Assembly: GCA_951804945.1 (NCBI GenBank) | Contig: OX638153.1 | Location: forward strand, 47,926,001-47,990,000 | Direction of reading: 5' to 3' | DNA: 64,000 bases | From: Podarcis cretensis | Taxonomy: Eukaryota | Shown here: positions 1 through 11,448 of the stretch, in pieces | Position numbering within the stretch: position 1 is the first letter of the stretch | Layout: the number at the start of each line of letters is the position of its first letter | Translations under genes and position numbers: made by a program | Notes under the pieces: model-generated | What the model was told of the DNA's origin: nothing | The model's database searches: none | What the model saw: only the letters and a program-made list of their open reading frames with translations

Positions 1-680
1 CTCAGTTTTTAGTTTGATTCCTTTATCATAGCTTCTATTTTTTTCTTTACTGATTAAGATTTCATGAAAACAGTAGTCAACAAAATAACTGTGGTCCTGC
101 ACAGCAGTGCAATGGATCTTTCTAGATTTATTCACTGGGTGCCTGTGGACTAGAGGTGCACAGGCTCTGGGCTGTGATCTCCAATCAGGTGAGCTGTGGA
201 AAGGTTATGGAGCAACTGAGAATGTCTAGTTGGTGGCACACTTGATTTATTTTGTCTAACAAGTGAGATCAAGCCCATTTTTACAGGGCCAGATTGGTGA
301 AACAGGTCCTGTGATTTCTCATAATACGGCATCACTGCAGTCTACTAATTTCCCCCTCGAAATGTTCCGGCTAAAGGGGACTTTCTAAGCAGCCTAGCCT
401 AGGGCCTGTGATATTCATAACACAGCACTGCTTTTGATGAAAATGCCATTGCTGAAGGGAAAATATGTATATATATATGAATAGGTCTGCTGAGACTCTA
501 GTCATTTTCAAGACATCTTCAGGTGGAAGTTTTAGATCTTCCGCTTGAGATAAGTAATACAAGTATTCCAAACCTAGAATGTAACACTTGTAGATGCAGG
601 GATAACTAGGCATGCCACATATTCCAGCATTAACTGAACACATATAAAGCAATAAATAATTCTGTATCTAGGAGTATCTA

Positions 681-929
681 GGAGAGCCAGTGTGGTGTAG
701 CGGATAAGAGCAGTCTCGTAATCTGGGGAACCAGGTTCGCGTCTCCGCTCCTCCACATGCAGCTGCTGGGTGACCTTGGGCCAATCACACTTCTTTGAAG
801 TCTCTCAGCCCCACTTACCTCACAGAGTGTTTGTTGTGGGGGAGGAAGGGAAAGGAGATTGTTAGCCGCTTTGAGACTCCTTAAAGGGAGTGAAAGGCGG
901 GATATCAAATCCAAACTCTCTTCTTCTTC
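681..929 (+). mobile_element. tRNA-derived SINE, Squam3(B)-like
   Basis: Head GGAGAGCCAGTGTGGTGTAGCGG (A box) and GGTTCGCGTCTCC (B-box-like), MIR/Ther1-like core GGGTGACCTTGGGC..CTCTCAGCCCCAC..CCTCACAG, (CTT)n tail. Confidence 0.85.
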
Positions 930-1859
930 CATGCCTTTTTTCTTCTGCAATATTTTTGGCTTCTGTTTGTGTTGTGTGATCTTTGTCTTAATTACTAAAA
1001 AGGTGTCTATATAGTTGCCAGCAAAGGAATGCCACTGCTGAATCTTCTTAGCAGTTGCTTAGGCAAGCAACAAATGTTAGAAGTGTTTTTTTATCTGATC
1101 CCCTACAGGCTAAAATAATCCCCAAGATTCAATAGTAATATATGTATTTTTTTTCCTTCATAACAAAAGCCAAATGGCTGATTTCTCTCTTCCCCCCAGG
1201 TAGTAGATGTAAATGGAAATGTCAGGCATAATATGCCTGCTGTCATTCTCATGAAGCATTTAAGTATCAGATCAGAGATTCTCCAAGAGTTATCTGTTAA
1301 ATCTCTACAGCCAGGTATTCCGTTTGATGATACAGAGAGAATTCAGAATGGTGAACAGTCTTCTTACCTGGGTATGTCACTATTAAATTTCTCTCCATAG
1401 CCAGTACCTGCCACCAGACTATACAAGCTCACTGCATTCTGCACTATATGCACTCTCAGAGCCAACACCCATCTAAACCAGTATCCAAATTATGAGCGAG
1501 AAGAAAGGCTCTGACCCATTAACCTCAGATGTCATCTCCCTTAGCTATTGTTTTCAGAAGGCTAGAAGTGGCAAGGTTAAGCTAAACTGGGAGGAGTCAG
1601 TGGTCAGGGCTGGTGAATTTCACAAAGGACCCACCATAAATTGAATACAGTACTATCCAGCGCCAGTCCAATACATTTTGCTGCTGGAATCAAAGTGGTG
1701 CTTCCAGTACAGTACAGAAAGTGGTTACACCAGAGATTGGATCTTCTTTCAACATGGATGACAAGACAGCACCCTCGATGGGGTGAGGAGAGACATTTGG
1801 TTCAGCTGGCATTTTAATGAGAAACTATGCGAGTCACACATCCCCCCCCAAAAAAAACA

Positions 1860-2418
1860 ATGCAAACTATCAGCTACCCTCTGAAATTATCATTTCTCTA
1901 AATTTTGTGATGCAGTAATTCAGCCAGGCAATGTATCCAAAAATGCATATGGCTGGGGAAAGTGTGCATAAAATAATTTACAAAACTCAGTATATTGGGG
2001 GAAAATACTTGCAAAAAAATTACTTGTATACAGTGGTACCTCGGGTTACCTACGCTTCAGGTTACATACGCTTCAGGTTACACACTCTGCTAACCCAGAA
2101 ATAGTGCTTCAGGTTAAGAACTTTGCTTCAGGATGAGAACAGAAATCATGCTCCGGTGGCGCGGTGGCAGCAGGAGGCCCCATTAGCTAAAGTGGTGCTT
2201 CAGGTTAAGAACAGTTTCAGGTTAAGAACGGACCTCTGGAACAAATTAAGTACTTAACCCAAGGTACCACTGTATTAGTGAAAATAGATTACAAAAATGT
2301 GTATTGTAGGAGAATGTGGTTTTGAGAAGTCATATATAACACTTTGATACACATTGAGCACTGAACTTAAAATTGTGAATTTGAGAAAAATCAAAATCAA
2401 CAGATTTATTCCTGCCTA
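1860..2418 (+). mobile_element. Old degraded non-autonomous DNA-transposon-like repeat, interrupted by the MITE at 2031-2272
   Basis: AAAAATGCATAT/AAAGTGTGCATAAAA-type motifs continue on both sides of the MITE; related motifs at ~12270-12400 and 56021-56140; boundaries approximate. Confidence 0.4.
2031..2272 (+). mobile_element. Tc1/mariner (pogo/Tigger-like) MITE, copy 1, 242 bp
   Basis: TIR CAGTGGTACCTCGGGTTA...TAACCCAAGGTACCACTG, TA on both sides (2029-30, 2273-74), three more copies in the window. Confidence 0.92.
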
Positions 2419-2581
2419 GATAAGGATGTGTAGGGCAGCCTGTAGGGGCCAGGACTGATCTGTTCTCCCAACATCTCGCCACTTCTCTCCACCAAGCAGC
2501 TGCCTCACTCTGTTTAATGACAGGGCTAGCCCAGCCACCACGAACTTCTGAATAAACATTCAAAACCCTGGCAGGCTACAA

Positions 2582-2710
2582 CAGGGATCTGTGGCCCTCC
2601 TGATTGTTGGAATCCGGCTTCCATCAGCCCCATCTAACATGGCATATGGTTAGGGGTGATGGGAGTTGTAGTCCAACAACATCTGGAGATCCTCAGGTTC
2701 CCTTCCTCTG
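2582..2710. mobile_element. Short palindromic hAT-like MITE
   Basis: CAGGGA..TGTGGCCCTCC...ACATCTGGAG..CAGGTTCCC..CTG imperfect inverted ends; same family as 29259-29395 and 11321-11448. Confidence 0.6.
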
Positions 2711-5006
2711 GGTTATGAAATGGCCTCTTCTCTGCACTTGTAAAGCACCAGATGTGAGTCTGGATAGAGATATTTATTTGCTTTATCTTTGATTCATTAT
2801 CTGGGATGCTTATGCCACTGAATCCATATTAGTGGCCTTTATATCATCAGGCTTTTTCAGTGGATAGTCTCACTTGCAATATTCCTGCTTAGAAGTAATT
2901 TACACACATGGATACTGCTTTATTAAATTTTTCAAGCTCATTTCCAGTGGTTTTTTGTTGTTTTAAAAAAAGCCAGTCTATATTTGTGACCCATTGCACA
3001 GAAATGATGCAGCTCACATATGTGCAAAAATAGTATAGAGGTGGCATTTTTCAAAAAAGTCAGTCTGTCATCCCCATGAATTGAACTGTCATACAAATGT
3101 TGGGGGTGTAGACTTAAATCTCTCTCTGGGCATCGTCATTTTCTACGTTTTACTTGGAATCTAGCTCACAAATGACATTAAGTAAATGTTAAGCAGAAAC
3201 AATAGCATCATGCTAAGTCCCACTGAGTCCAATGGGACTTCATAGAAGTTGTGTTGAGGATTAAATCTAAAGCACTTTGAACATTTAAAAAACTGAAATC
3301 TAAATTATGAAAACTTTTTTTAAAAGTCTAAAAAGCTAAAAACACTGAATATTCTTATCAGCTCAGAGATTGTTCATGTTGTAAAACTTTTCATCTGTTA
3401 TATTTTTTTAGAATGGCAGACAGGAAGAAATCAAAATTAAGAGGCAATTATTTCCGTAGTAACAAACCAAAGAACACTTTCTCTCCCTTGATCTATTATA
3501 GTGCTAAACTGTGGATCTAGCCCTAAGTATATGGGGTTCAGGCAGCAGAAAAATATTCCTTTTCATTTTCCATATTGAACACATCATTTAATTTGGCTAG
3601 AAGCTGCCTTCTTAATTTAAATTCATTAGGTACTTGCTATCCTGCGCAGTGAAAACAAGATTTTTTCCTCCTGAGATTGCTTATATGTCCCATTACCTGC
3701 TGTAATAGTCATCATAATAAATTCATAAAAATGAAGCAAAGTTTTTCCCCTGCTATCATCATTGGCTTGCTGATGCCTGATCACTAAACATTTATTGCTC
3801 CTGGTTATTTATGTAGCATAAAGATTGAAGATTGATTTTCTAATACTAGGTGGGGTTTGCTGTGCTAGCAGCTGGTTAAATTTCCTTTGGAGTATTCAAG
3901 AGAGCAAAATTGATCCAAGGATAGAGGAAAATAATTAAGATATATACTGTACTCTATCAATATTGTTCTGCTCTGATCTCAGGCATGTCCTATGCCCCTC
4001 AATGGAAGCTCCACGATATCACTCAATGCACATTTGTTACTCTACATCTCCATGATTGTGTCTTGTTCTGAAATCAGGTTCTAAGGCCAAGGGCAGAGAC
4101 AAATGCAATACAAGATGGTGGCTCACAGTGGCGTCCTCCTACCTTTGCAACTGCTCTGGCATCCAGATAGATTGAATACTGCTCTTGCTCCTTTGGGGCC
4201 ATGCTTCAGTCTCCACCAACATCTGAAGGGCTGCAGGTTCCCCATCTCTACTCAAAGCCATGGTTTGTCTGCTGTACATCTGGAAGCCCAAACCATGGTG
4301 TGTGTTCTCAGCTCTGGTTAGCACATGGTTTGGCGTGATGTCTGAATTGAGCCACAGATAGAGGGAATGAGAGAAATATAGGAAGCTATTGTAGGCTCAG
4401 AATAAGGCTGAGTTTTCTGGAGATTTGTAGAGGAATGGTGAAGCTATGGACATTCACAAGGCCCCTAGCTGGAATTGAAATGCAGGACTGGCCCAAGACT
4501 CCAGTTCATAAAACAATGTGTTTGCCATGATATCTGAGAGAAAGAGAAGAGAGCGCTCAGCAGACACTGGAGTTTACAGGAGAAAGCTGCTTATTCACTT
4601 TGCAAGGCTTTGGTCAGACTTTTGATGATACACAGAAGGGAAATATAAGGCAACAGAAGAACTTGGCTACTGCATCACTTTATTCCTTTGAGACAGGATG
4701 ACACAAGTCTTCCTAGCATAACTTCTGAAATTGCCACCATAGAAACTAGAGTCATAAAAAAAAAAGTTTGTCCCTTGGGACCAGAGAAGGGGAATGGCAT
4801 TTTGAATACCGTATATACTGCCACACAGCTTCGTTTCTTCAATAGCAAGTGTATTCTTTCTGTGGCTTAGGGACTTCTGCCCTCCCCACACTGTTCTACC
4901 TGGCTGCATCAGCTGTGGTGTGAGGGAAAACACAAGAGGAAAGCAGTCTGTCTTTCTCCTCTAAGAAGATAGCCTGACAAAACTCCCTCCAGAGCCAATG
5001 GCTATA

Positions 5007-5248
5007 CAGTGGTACCTCGGGTTACATATGCTTCAGGTTACATACGCTTCAGGTTACAGACTCCACTAACCCCGAAATATTACCTCAGGTTAAGAACTTT
5101 GCTTCAGGATGAGAACAGAAATTGTGCTCTGGTGGTGCGGCGGCAGCAGGAGGCCCCATTAGCTAAAGTGGTGCTTCAGGTTAAGAACAGTTTCAGGTTA
5201 AGAACGGACCTCCAGAACCAATTAAGAAATGAACCCAAGGTACCACTG
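5007..5248 (+). mobile_element. Tc1/mariner MITE, copy 2, 242 bp
   Basis: Same TIRs, TA TSD (5005-6, 5249-50). Confidence 0.92.
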
Positions 5249-5257
5249 TATATTTAT

Positions 5258-5478
5258 GGTCCCAGTGTGGGGCAGTAATTAAGAGTTTTTGACCAGCACT
5301 CAGGTCAAATCCCCACTCAGCCATGGAGCTCACTGGCAACCTTTGACCACCCACTGGCTTTCAAACTAACCTGCTTCACAGTGTTGTTGTGATGATAAAA
5401 TGGGAAGGGGAAGAAGCATGTAGACTACTTTGAGCCACTTCTAACTCTACAGTTCTAACTCTACAGTTCTATGATTCT
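5258..5478 (+). mobile_element. Old MIR/Squam3A-like SINE followed by a CR1-like 3' tail with a 14-bp tandem duplication
   Basis: CCAGTGTGG head, GGTCAAATCCCCACTCAGCCATGGAGCTCACTGG, GTTGTTGTGATGATAAAATGGG core; then (TTCTAACTCTACAG)x2 TTCTATGATTCT. Confidence 0.55.
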
Positions 5479-5850
5479 GTGTTTATGCAACCACAGCTGG
5501 GCATTTTCAATAACGTTCTTTTTCATGAACAGAGTTCTCAGAGGATCAATCCCATCTGCAGCTCTGGACCTCTTGAATAGTTACATTTTCCTTCTACCAA
5601 TTTACAGGCAACTCAGCTTTACTCTCTCAGACTATGCTGAGCAAGTTAATTTACCAGCAAGCAGGTGCTTTTATTCCTGCCAAATCTCATATGATTACAT
5701 TTTGCCAGTGCCACACAGTTGCAGACTTCAGTTTAGCTTAGCATGATACAATTCTGGACTTCATCTTAAAATCTGCACATATGCACAAATGATTGCTTCA
5801 GAAAAGCCCTGGCTGTTATAAACAAGGGCAATAAAATGCAGGGGCATAAC

Positions 5851-5998
5851 CAGTGCTTTTTTTCTTTAAAAAAATGTTCAAGGGCACTCTCATTTTCCTA
5901 CTCATATTGAAATACTGTCCCTCAAAGAGGCCAAACGTAGATTCACAAAATGTTTAGGGGTATGTGTACCCCTGTCCCCCCCCACAAAAACAGCACTG
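5851..5998. mobile_element. hAT MITE, 148 bp
   Basis: TIR CAGTGCTTTTTT...AAAAACAGCACTG; 8-bp TSD GGCATAAC/AGCATAAC (7/8). Confidence 0.8.
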
Positions 5999-6059
5999 AG
6001 CATAACTGGCATGCCATGAAACAGTGTCAGGCATCAGAGAGCACAGCAGCAGCTCTGTT

Positions 6060-6225
6060 TAAAGCAGTACTTAAAATATCAATGGCTTCCCCGAAAGAAT
6101 CCTGGGAAGTTCAGTTTGATAAGAGTGCTGAGAATTGTTAGAATACCTCTCTTCCCCTCCCAGAGCTACAGTTCCCAGAGTAACAGACCATTCCTCTTCC
6201 CTGGAAGCTCTGGGAGCTCTATAGT
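6060..6225. mobile_element. Degraded palindromic lizard MITE (ATGGCTTCCCC-AAAGAATCCTGGGAA family)
   Basis: Internal inverted motifs CCCAGAGCT / AGCTCTGGG; a related copy lies at ~24555-24730. Confidence 0.5.
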
Positions 6226-6855
6226 ACTGCCTATATTCTAACTGTTTGAAAGGCTCATTTCTGTCCATGTTGCCAGAAGTGGCTGACTGGAAGGGAGAGG
6301 CTGATGGATGAGGTGGTGGAGAGATCGGCACGGTGCAAATGCACCAGCAGGAGTACTGAAATGGCTCTGCCATTGCATTTGCACCACACTATACTCCCCA
6401 TCATCCCCTCTCCCTCTTGGTAAGGTAATATTGACACACCTGCTGTGAACCTAGGATAGCACCTCTGCTCCAACTGATGAGCCATTTTTGGCACATACTG
6501 TCCTAGGAGATATGAAATAGACCGGTATGTCGCCCACTTCATCCTCACTCTGCTCGACGCTCCAATGTTGCTGGTTTTAGATTTTTAAAATAAAATAAAA
6601 ATCTCAGTGTCTTAAAAACTATGATCACCTTCAATACAGCCATCATTATGCATAATTCTGTTGAAATATGGGAGGGCTTTTTATGAGTCCACAGAATGGA
6701 AAGATCTAGTTTATTCAACTCAATTATTCAAATAGATGCACAGTGTGGGCTCTTTGTTTGGATTTATATATATATATATATATAAACAGACCTGAAGAAG
6801 TTCATCTCCTGATCCAGATAGCAAAAATATGTTTTGGAAAAGTCAGTTCAGCTAA

Positions 6856-7458
6856 TGTCCTGATCCCCTGGCCTACCTGGCAGCAAGTCAGTATGTCAAC
6901 AGTCCAGGGCCATTCCAAGTAGGCCAAGTCTGAAGTCCAGCAGTCAGGATACAGACAGAGTCAAACCCAAAGCACAGTCCCTTAGAGGTCCAGGTGTATC
7001 CAAGGCAAGGTCCCTCAACAGGGGCAGGTGAGCAGACCCAGCACTTCAGCTCTGCTGCCCTTTTATACTTTGTCTGCTGTTTGCAGCACCTGGGTTTGAT
7101 GAGTCATGTGACCCTCATCTGCTCCAAGCCTACTCCAGCTGAGGAATCACACTCCTCCTCCCAGAGCTAGTGAGCCCCACCTAGGGAGCTGGGCTGTGGG
7201 CCCTTGCTTGCCTCTGCCTCCTGCTGCTTCCTGCACCTCAGAGTCTGCGAGGTTCATGAAGATAGGGCTCCCTCTGGCTCTAGTGATGGATCCTGCTGCT
7301 CTGGTTCCTGTGCCTTGACCTCCATCCCCTTGCCATCCTCCATCACCCTCTGAGTACTTACTTCCCCATCTCCTGCTCATCTCAATGTGTCCCAGTCCGG
7401 GCTACACGCCTCGCCAAGACCCTCTTCCTCCTCCCTGTTGCCCTACCAGTTCACAACA
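6856..7458 (-). mobile_element. Solo LTR (probably Gypsy-type), 603 bp
   Basis: TG...CA ends, flanks GCTAA/CCTAA (4/5 TSD), minus-strand TATA GTATAAAAGG (~7059-7068), purine-rich U3 like the other solo LTRs. Confidence 0.6.
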
Positions 7459-9832
7459 CCTAAATACCAGATTCTAGTTGTCACAAGCAGATATCTGGAC
7501 TGATGAGAGCAATTTCACCCACATATCAGCATGGCCACTAACCTTTGCTGTCACAACCGTGGGTGCCTCCTTCTCCTCCAGACTGTCACTATTTTGTGGG
7601 AGGGATTCAATAACATACTGGAAATTTAGGTTTGCACAATTGAAGTTTGCACGATTATAGTGCTCTGTCTCCGTAGCGCAAGAAGTTCACTTTTTAAAAA
7701 AGCACATGCAAAAAATAAAAAATAAAAAGTGCAATTAGAAAAGTGACAGGGGAAAGTGTTGTATGAACAAATAATTAAAAGGAAGATGTGTGAACACCCC
7801 ACAAGCAAATCAGGATCAAGCATGCTCATTACTGTTGCATAACTAACAAATCAGAAAGAACATTCACATCAGAAAGAACTTGGACATTGTCTAACTTCTG
7901 TGTAAGCTTTTGTGCAAGCAAATCAAGAGGAAAGCTTCATACACAAGACGTCTGAATGAGTCCTGTAATGCACTCAAGGCATAGGCTCTGTGTATGTTGA
8001 GTTCTTGGCAGAACAGGGAAAACTGATTCAGGCACACTGATTCAGAGGCAGAAATGTGACCTTGTCTCTTAGCAAGAGAAGTTCTTCTGTGGCAAGTGAG
8101 GCAGAAGAGAGTATCAGTGCCACATGAAAGTCATTCCACAGGGCAGGGTCTTTCAATAGGAAAGAAAGACTCAAAGGACTTGCAGACTTCAGTCACTTTG
8201 ATGTAATCATCCACATCTTAATTACTTCATGCAGCAAATCTTAACCTTCCAAAAAAAAAACAAAAACCACGGTTCACACTTCTGCTGGGTTCTTGTATAA
8301 CCAACTGCAATTGTCTGGTGTCTGTGGCTAATTGGACAGCTATTCTGTTCATTAAAGTATCAGTGTTGCTTTAGCACTGTTCATTTAAAGAAATTATGTC
8401 AGCTAACGGACGGGAAATTTATGAGGCTTTGAATATATGTGATGGGAGCCCCCTTGTGTCCTAAAATCACACTGCAATGTGTAGTAACACAAGATATACA
8501 TACATACTGGGTGGCAAGGGGTATATACAAGGGGCAGTAATATTGTCCATGGTGTATGCGTTCAGCAATTTGCTTTAAATCCTGGTTTATAACCCTAATG
8601 TAGCAATCAATATGGCTGATAGTCTAATTAATATTGTTAAGCAGGATGATTTTGCTGGATGCCACTGACAAGTATTTCACAATAGGACTAAAAGGAGGGG
8701 GATCATTGGTGGAATGGAGAAGAGAAAATATATTACAAAAAGAGAAATTCCAGAGAGAATTTTTGTCACACTTCAAAATGTCTACATTCTGGCGGGGAAA
8801 CCCATATAAGACTCTAGAAATGGATTGCTTTTGCTCATCCTCTCCTAAATTCACGGCAGTAGGAGGGGATGGAGAAGACTCAAGTCGTCTTCTTTTTTGT
8901 TTTTTCCCCATCTCTACTTGACAGCTTCATGGGGGAAAAGAGAAGGGGACTTGAATAACCTAATAGGCCATTTTAACTAAATCATTGTTCCATCAGGAAA
9001 GCCAAGATTTGAGTGCTGCTCTGGTGCCAGACAACCTTACCCAGAGGGTTCCTATTTATCATAATGCTGTGATGGAGTTTGAATTGACATTTTATGTCTC
9101 TCCTCTGGCAATGCCTGGAGCTTTCCTCTACACTCCAGGATTGACATAAAATCTTTCTTTTACCTGAATGGAAGCAGAACACCTGCTCCTTAAGATTATC
9201 TGTAACTCCATCCAGCTACACCAACTTTTCTTTTCTTTTGACTATGTGTGTGGAGGGAACTAGAAATATTATAAAAGTTTAGTAGCACAGGTCCAGTTCT
9301 CATTCTCACCCGCACCCCCCAGTTAGATATATAACTGTCAGGTGCAATGTGGGATGTAGAACAGTCAACATGGATACAGAATTAGGTGCTTGGGCTCAAA
9401 GCATCCACACCAAGGGACTTCAGAAGCACTGAGCCAGGAACTTCCCAGAATGAATCACAGTATTCTGTCATTCCACCTGCAGTGAATAGACAGTTAAGAA
9501 GAACTTCAGGTACAGAACTGGGGGGGGGGGGAATAGTACCTGCCAGTGTGCTATTCTACCACACCCCAAAAATGCGCTCCTACAAGCGGAATATGATTTG
9601 CAAACTTACAGAATAATTGGACATCTGTTTATGGCCAATTTTACAGGTGATGCTGAGGAAAGCTTTGTTTTAGTATTTAATTTGGAGGATGGCTATTTTT
9701 AAAATTTCAAGTTGTAGCCCCTAGGAATATGGTTATTACAGTCAAGTGATCAAGCAGATACTTTTTTTTCCCTCACTTGGTTTCCCATAACAGGTGAGGC
9801 ATTGCTTCCAGATGACATCATTCCATTATGTC

Positions 9833-10040
9833 AGAGAGCTGCCTAGTACCAAGTCCAGCATTGCGTGTCGAGACCCCGCAGCCACCCCCAAGTTGGAAAT
9901 AACTCACACAAGGACACGGATGCATTGTCTGACACCACTCCTCCAGGTTTCAGAAGGAGGTCTTTTTCCTGCCAGCTTGATGCCAGAGATTGAGCCCATT
10001 ACATTATGCATGCAAAACATGCACATTCCCATTGATGTGG
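9833..10040 (-). mobile_element. Degraded tRNA-Ala-derived SINE (Squam2-like)
   Basis: CTCCAGGTTTCAG..TGCATGCAAA motifs shared with 27612-27795 and 14510-14641. Confidence 0.45.
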
Positions 10041-11320
10041 ACCCTGATGCTGATCATTATCTTAAGCAGATAAAGATACGATGTTTCTTTGTCCTGCCCC
10101 ATACCAGATCATTGCAGATGGCATTGTTCAAGGAGCAAAGGAAGCAGAAAACTTCAAAAATGCTTCACACAATTAGTTGTGGACAGAAAATTCTGAAATT
10201 CTCTCTAGTGGAATCAGCATTGCCAGTTTGAAAATGTATTGATTTCTGCCATTCAGCAGAAAGGATGAATTAATCAGATGGGCCTGTGCAAAAGCATTAC
10301 ATTATCGCAGATCTGGAAAGCGTTCAGATACTTTAGCAAGAGGGGAAATGAACAGAACAGATCCATGTATTACCAGAAACACATTTGTGCCAATCTGTGC
10401 CTTCATTAGAAGTGCAGCAATATATGTCACCATGTAAATGAGCAACGTAATATTAATTTTACCTACCCTTCACATCCTGTAAAATGAATAGCTAAAATAA
10501 AAGTGCACCCAGTGCATCTTAAAATGCATTGTGTGTCCTCCACAACACAACTGTAATTAGGTGACTAATGTACACCCGATTGTGCAGACTTCTACCAGAT
10601 TTTAATGTTGTCATTGTTATTCTAAAGAATTCCATGCACTAGCAAAACAAGACACCTTTGTGAATTTACTGCTTTGCGGTGTTCTTACAACATCAGCTAA
10701 TTCTGGCAATCAGGAGTAATAAAACTGCCTGTGATGGTTATGTAGCAGCTTATGTGTTCGAGGTTTGAACAGAGTCATAAAGTATCGTTTTCCTTTTTAA
10801 ATCTTACTAATGGTTATAGCAAATCATTTCGAAGAGGGAAAATTATCATTGTTTGCTTGCCCAAAATGAGTGGAATTCTTATGCAAGCTTTTGTTCATTT
10901 CTTCCATGAGATAAATGATCATTCAAAGTCTTATAACATACCAGACAGAGAAAAGTGTACAGCAGCTTTACCCAGCTATGGGTTCATCCACATTTCTGTT
11001 TGGTCCATGACTTGTGGGCATGGGTCCAATAGGTTTTTCTCTTGTCCCACTGGTTTCACTGGAAAAACCTGCTGTTTATTGCTGAATCAGAGCAAATGGC
11101 AATCAAGCTTCCTGCAGGCTGATGTTTGTTCCAATTCAGTGGGAAACGGGTTTTTCCTGGGGAAAGTGGTGGAACAAAAGAAAAACAGCTTGGACATGTG
11201 CCTAGAAGTCATGGACCAAATGGAAGAAATCCCGGACAAGAGAAATTGTGGGTGAGCCTTTAGTGCCCTCCAGATGTTTTGGATTACATTGGACTTGGGG
11301 TGCATTATTTCAATGCCATA

Positions 11321-11448
11321 AGGCAGCCTTCTCCAACCTCGTGTCTTCCAGGTGTTTTGCCTGGCAGCTCACATCAGTCCCAGCTGCACTGCCTGAGGCT
11401 GATGGAGGTTCTGGTCCAAAACATCTGGATGACACCAGCTTGCAGAAC
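11321..11448. mobile_element. Palindromic hAT-like MITE, degraded
   Basis: TCCAGGTGTTTTG...CAAAACATCTGGA inverted pair. Confidence 0.55.

Noticed and set aside
10752-11255. 167-aa ORF ending at a GG/GTGAG donor as a coding exon
   Set aside because: Weak acceptors, no known homology, and the donor overlaps a MITE-like remnant (GTGCCCTCCAGATGTTTTGG).
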